A stretch of DNA of 64,000 bases from a virus. The notes under the pieces are model-generated. The model was not told where the DNA came from. It was given only the letters and a program-made list of their open reading frames with translations, and did no database searches. The DNA lies in IMG/VR virus record IMGVR_UViG_3300020473_002209, positions 62,621 through 126,620 of that record, one strand, 5' to 3'. Positions 28,845 to 38,822 of this stretch are shown in pieces. A program made the position numbers and the translations under genes. Position 1 is the first letter of the stretch. Each line of letters starts with the position of its first letter.

Positions 28845-29564
28845 ATGCCAATAGATGAGAAAGAAATATTGAAAGCGATAAATGAGACCCTCTATAAGGA
28901 CTCAGAGAAGCCGCAGCAGCCTCTTTCGGAAGCTTATGTGGTTCAAGCGAAGAATTATGAAATTAACACTGACATGCTCAGTGAGAAGGCTATTAAGGCA
29001 AATGTAGAGAATCTACATGAGTATGTCGACGCGCTAAATGAAGTCTCCGCAAAGCTGGACTCTGTTGACAGATCCGAGGCGAACCCTAAGGATTCTTCAT
29101 TTAGAGGTATTAAGCAGGAAGAAGCCTATAATATAAATGGCTCATTTCTTTCAGCTTACTATTTCGATAACATAGCGGATCCAACCTCAAAGATCTCAAT
29201 GGACAGCTTGGCATACATGAGACTTACACGTGATTTCGGTACGTTCGAAGACTGGCAAAAAGACTTTATTGCATGTGGAATGGCTTCTCGTGATGGATGG
29301 GTATGTACCGTATACAACGGTTTTCTAAATCGCTACATGAATATATTCATTGACGGTAATGAGGTAGGGGTCCCAATGTGCTCTGTACCGATTATCGTAT
29401 TGTCAGTGCAAGAGCGAGCATATTTCAGAGATTACCTCAATGATCGCAAGAAGTACATCTTCGCGATGATGAAAGAGCTTAACTGGGAGCTTGTCAACGC
29501 ACGAGTTAAAAGAGCTGATAAACTTGCGAAGTTATTTTCAGCCGGCTTAGGGAGCGAAAAATGA
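28845..29564 (+). CDS. Fe/Mn superoxide dismutase-fold protein with degenerate metal ligands
   Basis: RDFGTFEDWQKDF...GW..., PIIVLSVQERAYF.DY.NDRKKYI...LNW (cf. DVWEHAYY). Confidence 0.7.
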   Translation: MPIDEKEILKAINETLYKDSEKPQQPLSEAYVVQAKNYEINTDMLSEKAIKANVENLHEYVDALNEVSAKLDSVDRSEANPKDSSFRGIKQEEAYNINGSFLSAYYFDNIADPTSKISMDSLAYMRLTRDFGTFEDWQKDFIACGMASRDGWVCTVYNGFLNRYMNIFIDGNEVGVPMCSVPIIVLSVQERAYFRDYLNDRKKYIFAMMKELNWELVNARVKRADKLAKLFSAGLGSEK

Positions 29565-30217
29565 AAAGAGACCAATTAAAAGAATACTTTCAAAGAGCTT
29601 ATAAGGGCACGCTTCTTGAGCAGGATGACCCATTTGCAGCCGATGATGAAGGCGGCGAAGAAGGCGGCGACGAAGGTGGGGAAGAAGAAGGTGGCGATGA
29701 TCCCTTTGGCGGCGAAGAAGAAGGCGGAGATGAAGGTGGAGAAGAAGAGGGTGGTGATGAAGGTGGTGAAGAAGAAGCTGAAGATGAGGGTCCCAAAGCC
29801 GAGGAAGAAGATGAGGTTCGCTTTGGCAAGTCTTTAGATGACCAGCTTCAAGCTATTTTTATCGACATAGAGTCCGACTCTATCAAGAGCGCTCAAGTAC
29901 AAGAAGAAGGGTATTCTCTGAAGAGAACGCTGCTAAGAGAAGCAGATGAAGTTACTATCGATGTCGATCGTTTTGCTGCTGAGACAGCAAGGCTGATCTT
30001 AAACTTTGATGCATTTTTCGATATTGAAGAGCTGATAATGTCTAAAGCTAGAAGCTTTTTATTGGACAAATACGGCGAAGAAATCGCGGATGAAGTAGGT
30101 GAGCTTCTTGCAACACGTCACGACATCAGAAAGAAAGAAGACCACACCGCCAAGCAAGAGGAATACGATGAACAGGTTCCAATCGCAGTCGGTGCCACAG
30201 CTGCAGGCGGTCCATGA
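29561..30217 (+). CDS. Acidic protein with GGDEGGEEE repeats
   Basis: ORF; low-complexity repeats about 29640-29780. Confidence 0.7.
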   Translation: MKRDQLKEYFQRAYKGTLLEQDDPFAADDEGGEEGGDEGGEEEGGDDPFGGEEEGGDEGGEEEGGDEGGEEEAEDEGPKAEEEDEVRFGKSLDDQLQAIFIDIESDSIKSAQVQEEGYSLKRTLLREADEVTIDVDRFAAETARLILNFDAFFDIEELIMSKARSFLLDKYGEEIADEVGELLATRHDIRKKEDHTAKQEEYDEQVPIAVGATAAGGP

Positions 30218-30501
30218 GTAACTGGGTCAAAAAGAAGTCAGTCCATTTTAACCTTCTTACTGAGACCCATGCTGAATTTCGTGTACTTGCTTTTAGGAAA
30301 AAGCTGTCAATGCAAGAGATTGTTGATGGTTTAATTTCTCGGCTCGTTAACGGAGATCCCGCTTTAGTTAAAATAGTTGATAAGATAGCAGATGACAAGT
30401 CAAATAAAGAGCTAAGAAAAGTTATTGGTACTGACGCAGAGAGCGTATTCGACGTGATTGAAAGGTACGATACGCTAAAGAATTCTTCCGAGGAGAAATA
30501 A
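30214..30501 (+). CDS. Possible ribbon-helix-helix DNA-binding protein
   Basis: KKSVHFNL..ETHAEFRV.A....LSMQEIV. Confidence 0.5.
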   Translation: MSNWVKKKSVHFNLLTETHAEFRVLAFRKKLSMQEIVDGLISRLVNGDPALVKIVDKIADDKSNKELRKVIGTDAESVFDVIERYDTLKNSSEEK

Positions 30502-30502
30502 T

Positions 30503-30769
30503 ATGTCGTGGTGGCCGTGGAGAAGTAAAAAAGCTAAAGAGCTAGAGGAAGCGAAAGAAAGAATACTCCAGCTCGAGCGAGACTACCGTTCTTTAGCGTT
30601 AACGCTACAAAACCTCCAGAGCGCCATCGTGGCTATCTCGAGAAACAATGACTTGGTCGCCAACGACGTCCGGAACATTCAGGATATGGTTTCACATTTT
30701 CTACAAGACGTTGACCCAACGTCGATGATACTTGGGCTTTCTTCATCCCCAAGTAGAGACGATAATTAA
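30503..30769 (+). CDS. Hypothetical coiled-coil protein
   Basis: ORF with GGAG RBS. Confidence 0.6.
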   Translation: MSWWPWRSKKAKELEEAKERILQLERDYRSLALTLQNLQSAIVAISRNNDLVANDVRNIQDMVSHFLQDVDPTSMILGLSSSPSRDDN

Positions 30770-30803
30770 CTTCATCCATATTTAGTGTTATAATTTGGAG
30801 GTT

Positions 30804-31046
30804 ATGATGGGCGATAATGAAATAGACATACTTGAAGCTAAGGCTCTTGTTGAAGGAGAAAAGCTTGGTATTGTAGATAGGATCGTTGGCAGAATCATCT
30901 CGAGGAAGTTTTTTGTATTCTTGACAGCGACTGGACTTTTGGCTTGGGCTGGTCTTGATAGTGAGACTTGGGGAATGATTGCCATGATCTATATCGGTGG
31001 CCAGTCCGTAATCGACGCCGCCATCGCATGGAGACACGGTAAATAA
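30804..31046 (+). CDS. Small two-TM protein, holin-like
   Basis: SRKFFVFLTATGLL and WGMIAMIYIGGQSVIDA. Confidence 0.55.
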   Translation: MMGDNEIDILEAKALVEGEKLGIVDRIVGRIISRKFFVFLTATGLLAWAGLDSETWGMIAMIYIGGQSVIDAAIAWRHGK

Positions 31047-31447
31047 TGATAACGTGGTTAGCTTTTAAGGTTTGGGCTGCATCAGCTTGGAAGTCTTTCA
31101 TTGAGTTCTGCAGAGAACGATGGGAGCTGCTGGTTGGTGTTCTTGTGGGCGTGCTGGGTATGCTTACATTGACTCGCGGATCGAGAGATGCCGCAAAAGC
31201 TTTAGAAGAAAAGAATAAGCTTATTGACACTCTGGTTGCCAGTGAACAGGACGCAACCGAAAAAGAGCGAGAAGCATTAAAGAAAAATTTAGAAAATTTC
31301 TTGTCTGCAAATGAAGAAGCAGAAGAGAAGTTTAGAGAAAAAATGGAATCTCTTGATGAAGAGAAGAAGAACAGCGTAAAAGAAATATTGAAGTCCGAGT
31401 CGCCGGAGGAAGAGATTGCTAGACGACTTAGGGAATATTTGGATTAG
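31046..31447 (+). CDS. Membrane-anchored coiled-coil protein
   Basis: LLVGVLVGVLGMLTL TM then charged coiled coil. Confidence 0.6.
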   Translation: MITWLAFKVWAASAWKSFIEFCRERWELLVGVLVGVLGMLTLTRGSRDAAKALEEKNKLIDTLVASEQDATEKEREALKKNLENFLSANEEAEEKFREKMESLDEEKKNSVKEILKSESPEEEIARRLREYLD

Positions 31448-31491
31448 ACCGAATATTTAATGAAGTAATATCGACCGCTTAGGGGATACAA

Positions 31492-32481
31492 ATGAAAACA
31501 AGCAAAACTCTAAAAGAAGTTTTTGGAATCCAGCCCACAAGAACAAAGGCCGTGAAGCTTGGTGGAAGCCAGTTACGGAACATAATCTTAAATGAAATTC
31601 GAGAAGTCTTAAAGGAAGATGCCGACCCTAAGGCGGTGGATCCTGAGCGCTTTCCGCTCCCGCTCTCTGCAGTTGCTGGCGACAAAGACAAGGCGATGCA
31701 GCTAACGCAGTCTGGAAAGGATGATGTCGACGGCGGAAAGGCAGATGACGTTATCGGCGTCGGCGGCGCTTCATTCTCTGTTTCAGAGTTGAAGCCTTCA
31801 CAGTCTAGTATGAACATTGAAAAGGCACTAAGCATGGCTCTTGGTATGATTAGAGATGATCAAGCAGGTGGAGACCTTGGTGCTTTTATTTCTAGTGACA
31901 AGCATATTATGGATGGCCACCACAGGTGGGTTGCTACTGCCATGGTCGATCCATCAGCAGAGATTGGCGGATATGGTGTCGAGTTTCCAGCTGATAAGTT
32001 GATCCCGGTTCTTAACGCGCTTACTGTCGGTCGCTTTGGTGTAACTGCTGGTAAGCCTGCGACTGGTGGGTTTGACCAATTTGAAGAGGGCCCGATTAGA
32101 GACCAGCTCAATGTATATCTCCAGAACGGTGCATACCAAATGGAGCCTGAAGTCGTGCAGCAGACAATCGAAAAGTTCACTGGAGAGGTTGGAGAAGCAG
32201 CAGTAGATGCAGCTGTTGACAAGTTCGTTGAGAACCTTGGCGCTGTTAGCTTCGACCTTCCTGGTGGCGCGCCTTCTCGCGAAGACATGCCAGTGATTGA
32301 TGAGCCTGATGTACCAGACGCAGTTGCTGCTCTTTCAGCTGGTGAAGTTGATGTCAATGAGCCCTATGGCTGGGAAGAGGGTGAAGAAAAAGAAGAGAGT
32401 ACTACCACCGAGTCTCAGTTTTCTAGGGATGATGTAATCCTTGAGCGCTGGCGTAAAATGGCTGGTTTACTAACAGACTGA
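31492..32481 (+). CDS. ParB/Srx-like domain protein
   Basis: LKPSQ, IMDGHHRW; leader ending IREVLKE; C-terminal ERWRKMAGL. Confidence 0.7.
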   Translation: MKTSKTLKEVFGIQPTRTKAVKLGGSQLRNIILNEIREVLKEDADPKAVDPERFPLPLSAVAGDKDKAMQLTQSGKDDVDGGKADDVIGVGGASFSVSELKPSQSSMNIEKALSMALGMIRDDQAGGDLGAFISSDKHIMDGHHRWVATAMVDPSAEIGGYGVEFPADKLIPVLNALTVGRFGVTAGKPATGGFDQFEEGPIRDQLNVYLQNGAYQMEPEVVQQTIEKFTGEVGEAAVDAAVDKFVENLGAVSFDLPGGAPSREDMPVIDEPDVPDAVAALSAGEVDVNEPYGWEEGEEKEESTTTESQFSRDDVILERWRKMAGLLTD

Positions 32482-32498
32482 TCAACATACAATTCTGT

Positions 32499-32948
32499 AT
32501 GAAGTTTTTTAATACAGTGGTTGTTGCGTGGATTTGCGCATTTTTAGTGGTGTATCCAGCTGTTTCTCATGCTGGTGAGCCTGTGCCTATCAATGAAGGT
32601 GACCCGGCACCCTTCACTGGCGTCATACTTACAACAGAAGATGCAGCAAATCTTCTAGCTGATCTTGAACAGCAGAATGCACGTTGTCAAGCAAATATTG
32701 ATTTAGCAGTCGCAACTGCTGTAGCAGCAAAGCAGCTAGAGCTAGATACATGTAATTCTAACTTTCAAATTCGTACCGATTTTTATAATACCCAGCTGTC
32801 TGCATACCGGGATTACAATGGATATTTAGAAGAGAGACTAACAAAGCCTAAGCTTTCTCCGGAATGGGCTTTAGTTATAGGGATTGTCGCTGGGGTTGGT
32901 ATTACCATCGGCGCGGGTGTTGCAATGAATCAAGCGGCATCTCGATAG
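32499..32948 (+). CDS. Exported/membrane protein (signal peptide + C-terminal TM)
   Basis: Hydrophobic N- and C-termini. Confidence 0.6.
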   Translation: MKFFNTVVVAWICAFLVVYPAVSHAGEPVPINEGDPAPFTGVILTTEDAANLLADLEQQNARCQANIDLAVATAVAAKQLELDTCNSNFQIRTDFYNTQLSAYRDYNGYLEERLTKPKLSPEWALVIGIVAGVGITIGAGVAMNQAASR

Positions 32949-32993
32949 AAAAACTACTAAACTTCTTCATATTTAGTAGGTGAGGTGGCAATA

Positions 32994-34019
32994 ATGACTA
33001 ACAAGAATTTTGGTAATTTAAGAGCTCAAGCAAGAGCGCTACTTTTTGAACAGGCTTTCGGGTACCCCGAATACAGCGAGTCTAGCTGGGCCGATGGTGA
33101 AAGAGCAGGCACCCAGTTTGTGGATGATGGCCCAGAGGAAGAAGATCCGATGGATATGCCGATCAGCCCCGCGCCCCAGATGGCAACACAGCTTAGCGAA
33201 GATGAGCCGCCAGTTGACGATCCAGAGTACGCTCCAGTTAATACTCAAGATTTGGCCCGGGCACTTTACACGCTTGCGCAGAAATTACCTGATGACCCAA
33301 AAATCGCAGGAAAAACTTACGAAAAATTCAAAAAGTTTGTTGATGACCATGAGGTCGTTAGCGTGCAAGTTGAAGACCAGGGTGGCATGAATGAGCCTGA
33401 AGAAGTTCAAGAAGCCAGAAGTATTATAAGGAACCAGCTGCTGGTTTCTTTGATGGAAGGTAACTGGGACGAGTTTAAGTTGGGTAAGCACTACGATGAC
33501 GATGATGAAGATGAGTGGGGTGAACCAACAGATGCAGAGCTGGCTGCTGTCGACAGGGGGGATCCTCACGCCGGCGAAGTTACGCTAGCCCAGATCGCAG
33601 ATGAAATGGGTTTAAGCACAAGCGGTGTAAAGAAGCTTGAGGGAGATGCCTTGAAGCACTTCAGGCTAATTTATGCAGACTTTCCTGGTGACATCGATCA
33701 AATAAAATCTTTTGCTCTTGATTTTTTCGCTAATGCGCTTGTTGAGCTTGACGCGATTGATGAAGAAGATGCAGCGGAGCTGATGAATGCTCCTGAAGAT
33801 GTTATGATGTGGGCACCATTCCGGTATTTCATGTGGGATGGCTTTATGACGAACGTCTTCAATAAGATGGTGAGAGATGCAAAGAAGCAAGGCTTAGATC
33901 CTGAAAAAGAATTAAGTCAGCTAACTCCTGGATTACATGATAGAGCCAAAACATATTTCGATGGCTTACCGCACAGTAAATTAATGCAGTCTGTTGTGAA
34001 TGCAATGAACGCCGAGTAG
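32994..34019 (+). CDS. Acidic protein with a sigma70 region-4-like HTH
   Basis: TLAQIADEMGLSTSGVKKLEGDALKHFR. Confidence 0.6.
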   Translation: MTNKNFGNLRAQARALLFEQAFGYPEYSESSWADGERAGTQFVDDGPEEEDPMDMPISPAPQMATQLSEDEPPVDDPEYAPVNTQDLARALYTLAQKLPDDPKIAGKTYEKFKKFVDDHEVVSVQVEDQGGMNEPEEVQEARSIIRNQLLVSLMEGNWDEFKLGKHYDDDDEDEWGEPTDAELAAVDRGDPHAGEVTLAQIADEMGLSTSGVKKLEGDALKHFRLIYADFPGDIDQIKSFALDFFANALVELDAIDEEDAAELMNAPEDVMMWAPFRYFMWDGFMTNVFNKMVRDAKKQGLDPEKELSQLTPGLHDRAKTYFDGLPHSKLMQSVVNAMNAE

Positions 34020-34023
34020 GAAC

Positions 34024-34422
34024 ATGATGCTTCAATCGATTATGAAAAATTATCTAAATGATAAAGAGTCATCAAGCTCGAAGACAGATGTCTTTGGGCT
34101 TGTTGTTGAGTCTAGTCATGAAGTGCCGATTGAAGTAGACCAAAGCACATGGGGTAGGCTACAACAGCCAGAGCGCCTTATAAAGAAATTTATTTTTCAA
34201 GATATTGATACACGCAACTGGTTTATCAAAGAGCTTATCGAAGATGAAGCACAATCAGGACATCACGGAAATATACTCATTGGAGGGATGGAAATCACTG
34301 TTGAGGTGTGGACTCATGATGTCGATGCTGTAACTGAGCTTGATCTAGAGTACGCCGGCCGATGTGATGACATCTTTAATGACGTGAGTCTTTTAGGAGA
34401 AGTAGGCTATGACTACAGATAA
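34024..34422 (+). CDS. Pterin-4a-carbinolamine dehydratase-like protein
   Basis: LIKKF.F, GHHG.I, VWTHDVDAVTELDLEYA..CD. Confidence 0.7.
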   Translation: MMLQSIMKNYLNDKESSSSKTDVFGLVVESSHEVPIEVDQSTWGRLQQPERLIKKFIFQDIDTRNWFIKELIEDEAQSGHHGNILIGGMEITVEVWTHDVDAVTELDLEYAGRCDDIFNDVSLLGEVGYDYR

Positions 34423-34882
34423 TATGAGAGTGATCAACGAAGTGTATGAGCAGATGGTCGATGAGTCTGCTGCGGGTAATATTATTATGTCAGATGGCTT
34501 AAAAGAATTAATGGGCTTAGACTTTGATCAATCCCGGGGTGAGGTTATCGAAGAAGAAAATAAGCTTTCGATTATCATGGATCCTCCTGATACTGCAACG
34601 ATAACTGGTAATCTCCACGCGCTGAAATTCGGATGCTCACAAGAGCCACGATCATTTACCCTTGAGGTTTCGAGGTGTAATTCCGAAATCATGCAAGCAC
34701 TCCACGAATCGTGCAAACGAAAAGATTCCGGAGCGCACCTTAAAACCGTGAATATTGTCTTAACTGGTGACACTGGTTTTGAGGCTGAAGACTGTACTGT
34801 CTCGTCATTTGGCGTTACGAAAGTCGCAGCTCACACATTTTTATTAACGATAACATTTGAGAGCCAACATGTCACATTTTGA
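34409..34882 (+). CDS. Hypothetical protein
   Basis: ORF. Confidence 0.6.
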   Translation: MTTDNMRVINEVYEQMVDESAAGNIIMSDGLKELMGLDFDQSRGEVIEEENKLSIIMDPPDTATITGNLHALKFGCSQEPRSFTLEVSRCNSEIMQALHESCKRKDSGAHLKTVNIVLTGDTGFEAEDCTVSSFGVTKVAAHTFLLTITFESQHVTF

Positions 34883-35051
34883 TAAATTCATGAAAGATAT
34901 TGAGCAGAAACAAGCTAGAGAAAAACAAGCTCGAGAAACAGCTGCTAAAGATGAGAATAATCACTTACAACGTGAGAGAGTTCGAAGATACACTGAGCGC
35001 TGGCAAAATTCGGTTCGCTGGATGACACGAGGTAGAAATGAGAAGAATTGA
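34869..35051 (+). CDS. Small hypothetical protein
   Basis: ORF. Confidence 0.5.
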   Translation: MSHFDKFMKDIEQKQAREKQARETAAKDENNHLQRERVRRYTERWQNSVRWMTRGRNEKN

Positions 35052-35985
35052 CTTAACGAAGATCGCAAATGATATCGCCTCTATAATTCTACAGGAAGAC
35101 TTTAAGATTACTGACGAAGAATCGATGCAGGCTAAGATGTCTAAGCAGATCGATGATGATAATTTAAGGGCTCCTGAAAAATCTAAAAAAGAAGAAATAA
35201 CCGACGAAGCCGAGGAAGAAGAGGAAGAAGAAGCCGAAGAAGCCGAGGAAGAAGAGGAAGAAGAGATTGAGGCAAAACCGAAGCCTTCAGCAGATGGTGA
35301 AGAAGATGAGTCTTCTGATGAGTTTGAAGTGCAGGCTCCTGATGTCATACCAGATATGATTTCTTATAAGCAGATAGAAAAGCAAATCAATAATCTTCGA
35401 GCGGGTAAGAGCCTAAAAGATGAAGAGATATCTGGAGCGCTTGAAGACTATTTCGATAGTTTGGGTACTGGCGAGACCGATGCACTGTTTTCGTATTTGG
35501 CAGCTCTTGGCGCTATTTTAACAGGTGGCACTTCTGGAGAAGACGCTCCTCGTCCAAGCCAGATGGGAATAAAGATAACACAGCCCGAAAAAGAAGAGAA
35601 GTCGAAGACTCCAGCTGGCGAGCCTGAAGAGCTTGGTATTGATCGCCTTCCCCCTGGTGAGGCGCCAATTATCGTGGGTGAAATAGCCGATAAGTCTCGA
35701 GAGCTTCTTGCTGTGCTGGAAAATTATTCATCGGCTGATTCTCATAGATGCATGGATGGCCAGATCGTAGATTTCGGAAGTTCAGACTGTATTCAGGACA
35801 TATCAAGTAGAATAGAAGACACGGTACACCAACGTGATAACCTGAACAGGGGCTCAGCAGATAGGTCAAGCTTAAATGGTACACTAAAATATCTTCGCCA
35901 GAAACTACGCAAGGCCCACAAGATTTCAAAAGAAGATGAAGAACTAAAGGTTCAGTCCAAATTAAATCTTGCGGATTCTGCTTAA
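35038..35985 (+). CDS. Acidic protein with poly-Glu tract
   Basis: ORF; leader IANDIASIILQE. Confidence 0.65.
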   Translation: MRRIDLTKIANDIASIILQEDFKITDEESMQAKMSKQIDDDNLRAPEKSKKEEITDEAEEEEEEEAEEAEEEEEEEIEAKPKPSADGEEDESSDEFEVQAPDVIPDMISYKQIEKQINNLRAGKSLKDEEISGALEDYFDSLGTGETDALFSYLAALGAILTGGTSGEDAPRPSQMGIKITQPEKEEKSKTPAGEPEELGIDRLPPGEAPIIVGEIADKSRELLAVLENYSSADSHRCMDGQIVDFGSSDCIQDISSRIEDTVHQRDNLNRGSADRSSLNGTLKYLRQKLRKAHKISKEDEELKVQSKLNLADSA

Positions 35986-36804
35986 ATGTTGACTGAGGCT
36001 CGCGATAATCTGGCGCGCGTTGATGGGAAAAAGCTTTTAGAGATCGCTGATTTTCTTTGCCATCAATCACCAGTTGTGCGCCCTATTTTTGAGTGCGTAA
36101 AGATTTTCGCCAGACTTCATGAAACAGGCGAATTCACGTACGCTCGCCACCCATTTGATCTTGGTACGAATATCGTGCGAGCTGAAGATATCGCTTCTCG
36201 CATGAAAGACCCTGGTAGGCAAGTGGCGGTTCTTCAAGCTTTAGAAGAGGTAGAGCGAGAGTGCGCGGCATCGTGGCCATTCTCACCTGGCTCCTCCAGC
36301 TGGATTTTACTTGAAGTTCTACACCCAGAGATAAAGATTGCAGCAGCAGAAAACCCTCCTGCAGTAATTTTTCGTAAGGCAACGAGATTGAGCTCAAGGG
36401 GTAATTTAACTACTACTCCTCTGCTGGAAAGAATGTTCAAGACTTTTGCACCAGTAAATTCTGGTGGGTCTTTTCGTTTTATAATCGACCCAACAATACA
36501 GCTGCCCAATATTTCAGGTTCAGGTGTCTTTACGACTTTTCACCAGCAAGTAGAAGGAATACTATACCTCACAGAAGGACAGCAGTTTTCAGAATTTAGC
36601 GGCCTGGGTTCGTTCGCTGAAGAAACAGTCGGTGAATTTATCGATGGATTGCTGGAGAGCAACTTCAGTCTGTCTCTAGACTCAAACCCTGGGTTTTATT
36701 TTAGCTTTGAAGACAGCATATATCAAGTACGTAGCAAACTATTTTCTGCAAAGAAGAAGGAGGAAGTAGCAGCTCCCCTTCCAGTGTTTGGAATAAGAAG
36801 ATGA
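35986..36804 (+). CDS. Hypothetical protein
   Basis: ORF. Confidence 0.6.
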   Translation: MLTEARDNLARVDGKKLLEIADFLCHQSPVVRPIFECVKIFARLHETGEFTYARHPFDLGTNIVRAEDIASRMKDPGRQVAVLQALEEVERECAASWPFSPGSSSWILLEVLHPEIKIAAAENPPAVIFRKATRLSSRGNLTTTPLLERMFKTFAPVNSGGSFRFIIDPTIQLPNISGSGVFTTFHQQVEGILYLTEGQQFSEFSGLGSFAEETVGEFIDGLLESNFSLSLDSNPGFYFSFEDSIYQVRSKLFSAKKKEEVAAPLPVFGIRR

Positions 36805-37046
36805 CAGAGACAGAAATAATATCCGAAGCAGTGTCGTTAGGTAGTGATTGCGGAGTAGAAAGCTGGATGGAATTAAAAAAGCTTTTGCTTGTTACGCTAC
36901 CATCACAAGCTCGGTCAAATTTTTCGGTAAGAGACCCCAAGACTAAAAAACAGAGGCTAAATGAATTCGAGCACCGCTTGATTGATAATTACTATAGCAG
37001 AACCGGCACAAGGTTGAAAAAGGATGTGGATCGTGAGAGAACTTGA
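36801..37046 (+). CDS. Hypothetical protein
   Basis: ORF, coupled. Confidence 0.55.
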   Translation: MTETEIISEAVSLGSDCGVESWMELKKLLLVTLPSQARSNFSVRDPKTKKQRLNEFEHRLIDNYYSRTGTRLKKDVDRERT

Positions 37047-38325
37047 CGAGATATTTATTAGAAGTGAAATTCAACGGATCCTAAGCGAGCAGACATTTGA
37101 TGCTACATGGGGAGATATCGTTCCTCCTTCGGGCGAGCAGTTTTATAATACATTCATCGGCCCCTTTGTTGACGTGTACAAAGTAGCCACAGTCGCCCTT
37201 AAAGACACAGCTGATATGGTGCTTACAAATATTCAATCGGCATTTACTTTTGATCCTGAAAAGCAGAAAGTACTGATGGATAAATTCCGAAAACGCCGCG
37301 ATAAGTACAATTCTGAAATGGCTGAGGCTATGAGAACAACTGATGAAGCTCTTTCATCTCCTGATGCGCAACTGATTATGTTTATGGCAAATCCAGGCGT
37401 GTATTTGGGCGCGGGCATGGCAAAAGAAGCCATAGACGTTGCAGAGCCGATTACTGATTATGCTGCAGATAAATTTGGTAATGTATCAAAGATGCTAGGT
37501 CTTGGAAGTGACTATGTTCCACCCGCGCCACCCCCAAAGGGCCCGATTGCTGGAATCCTTGGAGATCTTAAGAATTTATTTTTTGGTCCAGACATGTCAA
37601 TGACGACAGCTGACATGGGACAAATCGGTCCACAGTCTGGCGGGACTGTTCGGGTTGAGGGTCTGGATGAGATTGATGAGCTTGAGCGTGTGTTAAAAGA
37701 GCAGGATGGCGAAGGCGAAAAGAAAGAAGAGGGTGGCGATGAAGAACAAGATATCCAGTATCTTGTTGATGACTATTTAGCGATGTCCGGTGCGGGTGAA
37801 AAAATCGAAGGCTATATGAGAGATGTAATCGATAGCAAAAAAGCGGAAGCAGAAGAAGTTAAGAAGCAGTATATGGATATTATTGAGGGGCTAAATGCGG
37901 TTGCTCAAGCAAAGACGCTTGAGGAGCTAGCGCAACTTATTCCCCCGCTTGCTCAGGCAGGAATCGATCTAGCACCTGCGGCTGCTGAATTAGAGAAAAA
38001 TATCGAAGAGCAAAAGAAGACTCTCGAAGCTGGAGGAGATGAGGCTGATGAAATGATAGAGCAGCTTAGGGATACTCCTGACGGAAAAGCAGTACCAGAA
38101 GACGCTCCCGCAGAAGCATGGGCACCGATTATAGAGCAGGCGACGTTAGCAGTAGCTTTTGCAGATGCAGTTGATGAAGCTAAGAAGCAAAGCATCGGAG
38201 AAATGATTGGCTTTGTTGCTGAAATGCCAAGACCAGATTTAGAGCTAATATCAAAAGCAAGTCCACTCGGTAAAGAATTTGCTGACGTCATATTCCAGCT
38301 AGAAAATGACTTGCTTTCAGTGTAG
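37024..38325 (+). CDS. Acidic protein with FIRSEIQRILSE leader
   Basis: Long ORF. Confidence 0.65.
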   Translation: MWIVRELDEIFIRSEIQRILSEQTFDATWGDIVPPSGEQFYNTFIGPFVDVYKVATVALKDTADMVLTNIQSAFTFDPEKQKVLMDKFRKRRDKYNSEMAEAMRTTDEALSSPDAQLIMFMANPGVYLGAGMAKEAIDVAEPITDYAADKFGNVSKMLGLGSDYVPPAPPPKGPIAGILGDLKNLFFGPDMSMTTADMGQIGPQSGGTVRVEGLDEIDELERVLKEQDGEGEKKEEGGDEEQDIQYLVDDYLAMSGAGEKIEGYMRDVIDSKKAEAEEVKKQYMDIIEGLNAVAQAKTLEELAQLIPPLAQAGIDLAPAAAELEKNIEEQKKTLEAGGDEADEMIEQLRDTPDGKAVPEDAPAEAWAPIIEQATLAVAFADAVDEAKKQSIGEMIGFVAEMPRPDLELISKASPLGKEFADVIFQLENDLLSV

Positions 38326-38380
38326 ATATTTTTTAATTTCATCCATTCTTTAATATAATGCTTGAGGTACGGAGGTTATA

Positions 38381-38746
38381 GTGTCTACAGACGATAGAGC
38401 AACTCATTGGTTGCCAGAGATATGTTACGAGGAAGCTGATGAGGGCCTAACGTCAAAAATACCATTTATTGATGTTCCCATGACAGAAGAGATGCCAAAG
38501 ATTTTATTTATCTTTGAAGCGAGAGAAACAGGGGAGTTTGAGCCGGGCCCAGATGGTGAGCCAATGCCTATTGTGGACCTTGATTTACATCAATACGCAG
38601 ACATGAATACTTTACGTGATAATCTACCTCAAGCTACATACAGCATTGTACGTCAAGCATTAGGTCTTGAAGAGCTATCTAGCGCCGTTGAGAAGGGTCG
38701 AGCTATCACAGAAAAGGTCAGGAGTAACGTAGAAACCACCTCATAA
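38381..38746 (+). CDS. Hypothetical protein
   Basis: GTG start after GGAGG. Confidence 0.65.
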   Translation: MSTDDRATHWLPEICYEEADEGLTSKIPFIDVPMTEEMPKILFIFEARETGEFEPGPDGEPMPIVDLDLHQYADMNTLRDNLPQATYSIVRQALGLEELSSAVEKGRAITEKVRSNVETTS

Positions 38747-38748
38747 TC

Positions 38749-38777
38749 GTGTAAAACAAGACATAATAGTGTATAAT
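38749..38777 (+). promoter_or_regulatory. Sigma70-like promoter
   Basis: GTGTAA, 17 nt spacer, TATAAT; similar to element at 42814-42849. Confidence 0.6.
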
Positions 38778-38822
38778 AAAAATGTAGGAAATACATCCCG
38801 TACTTTGTCTTGAGGACTTTAC

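Noticed and set aside
29640-29780. GGCGGCGAAGAAG-type tandem repeats
   Set aside because: Explained by GGDEGGEEE low-complexity protein with synonymous variation.
35205-35268. GAA-rich direct repeat
   Set aside because: Encodes a poly-Glu linker.
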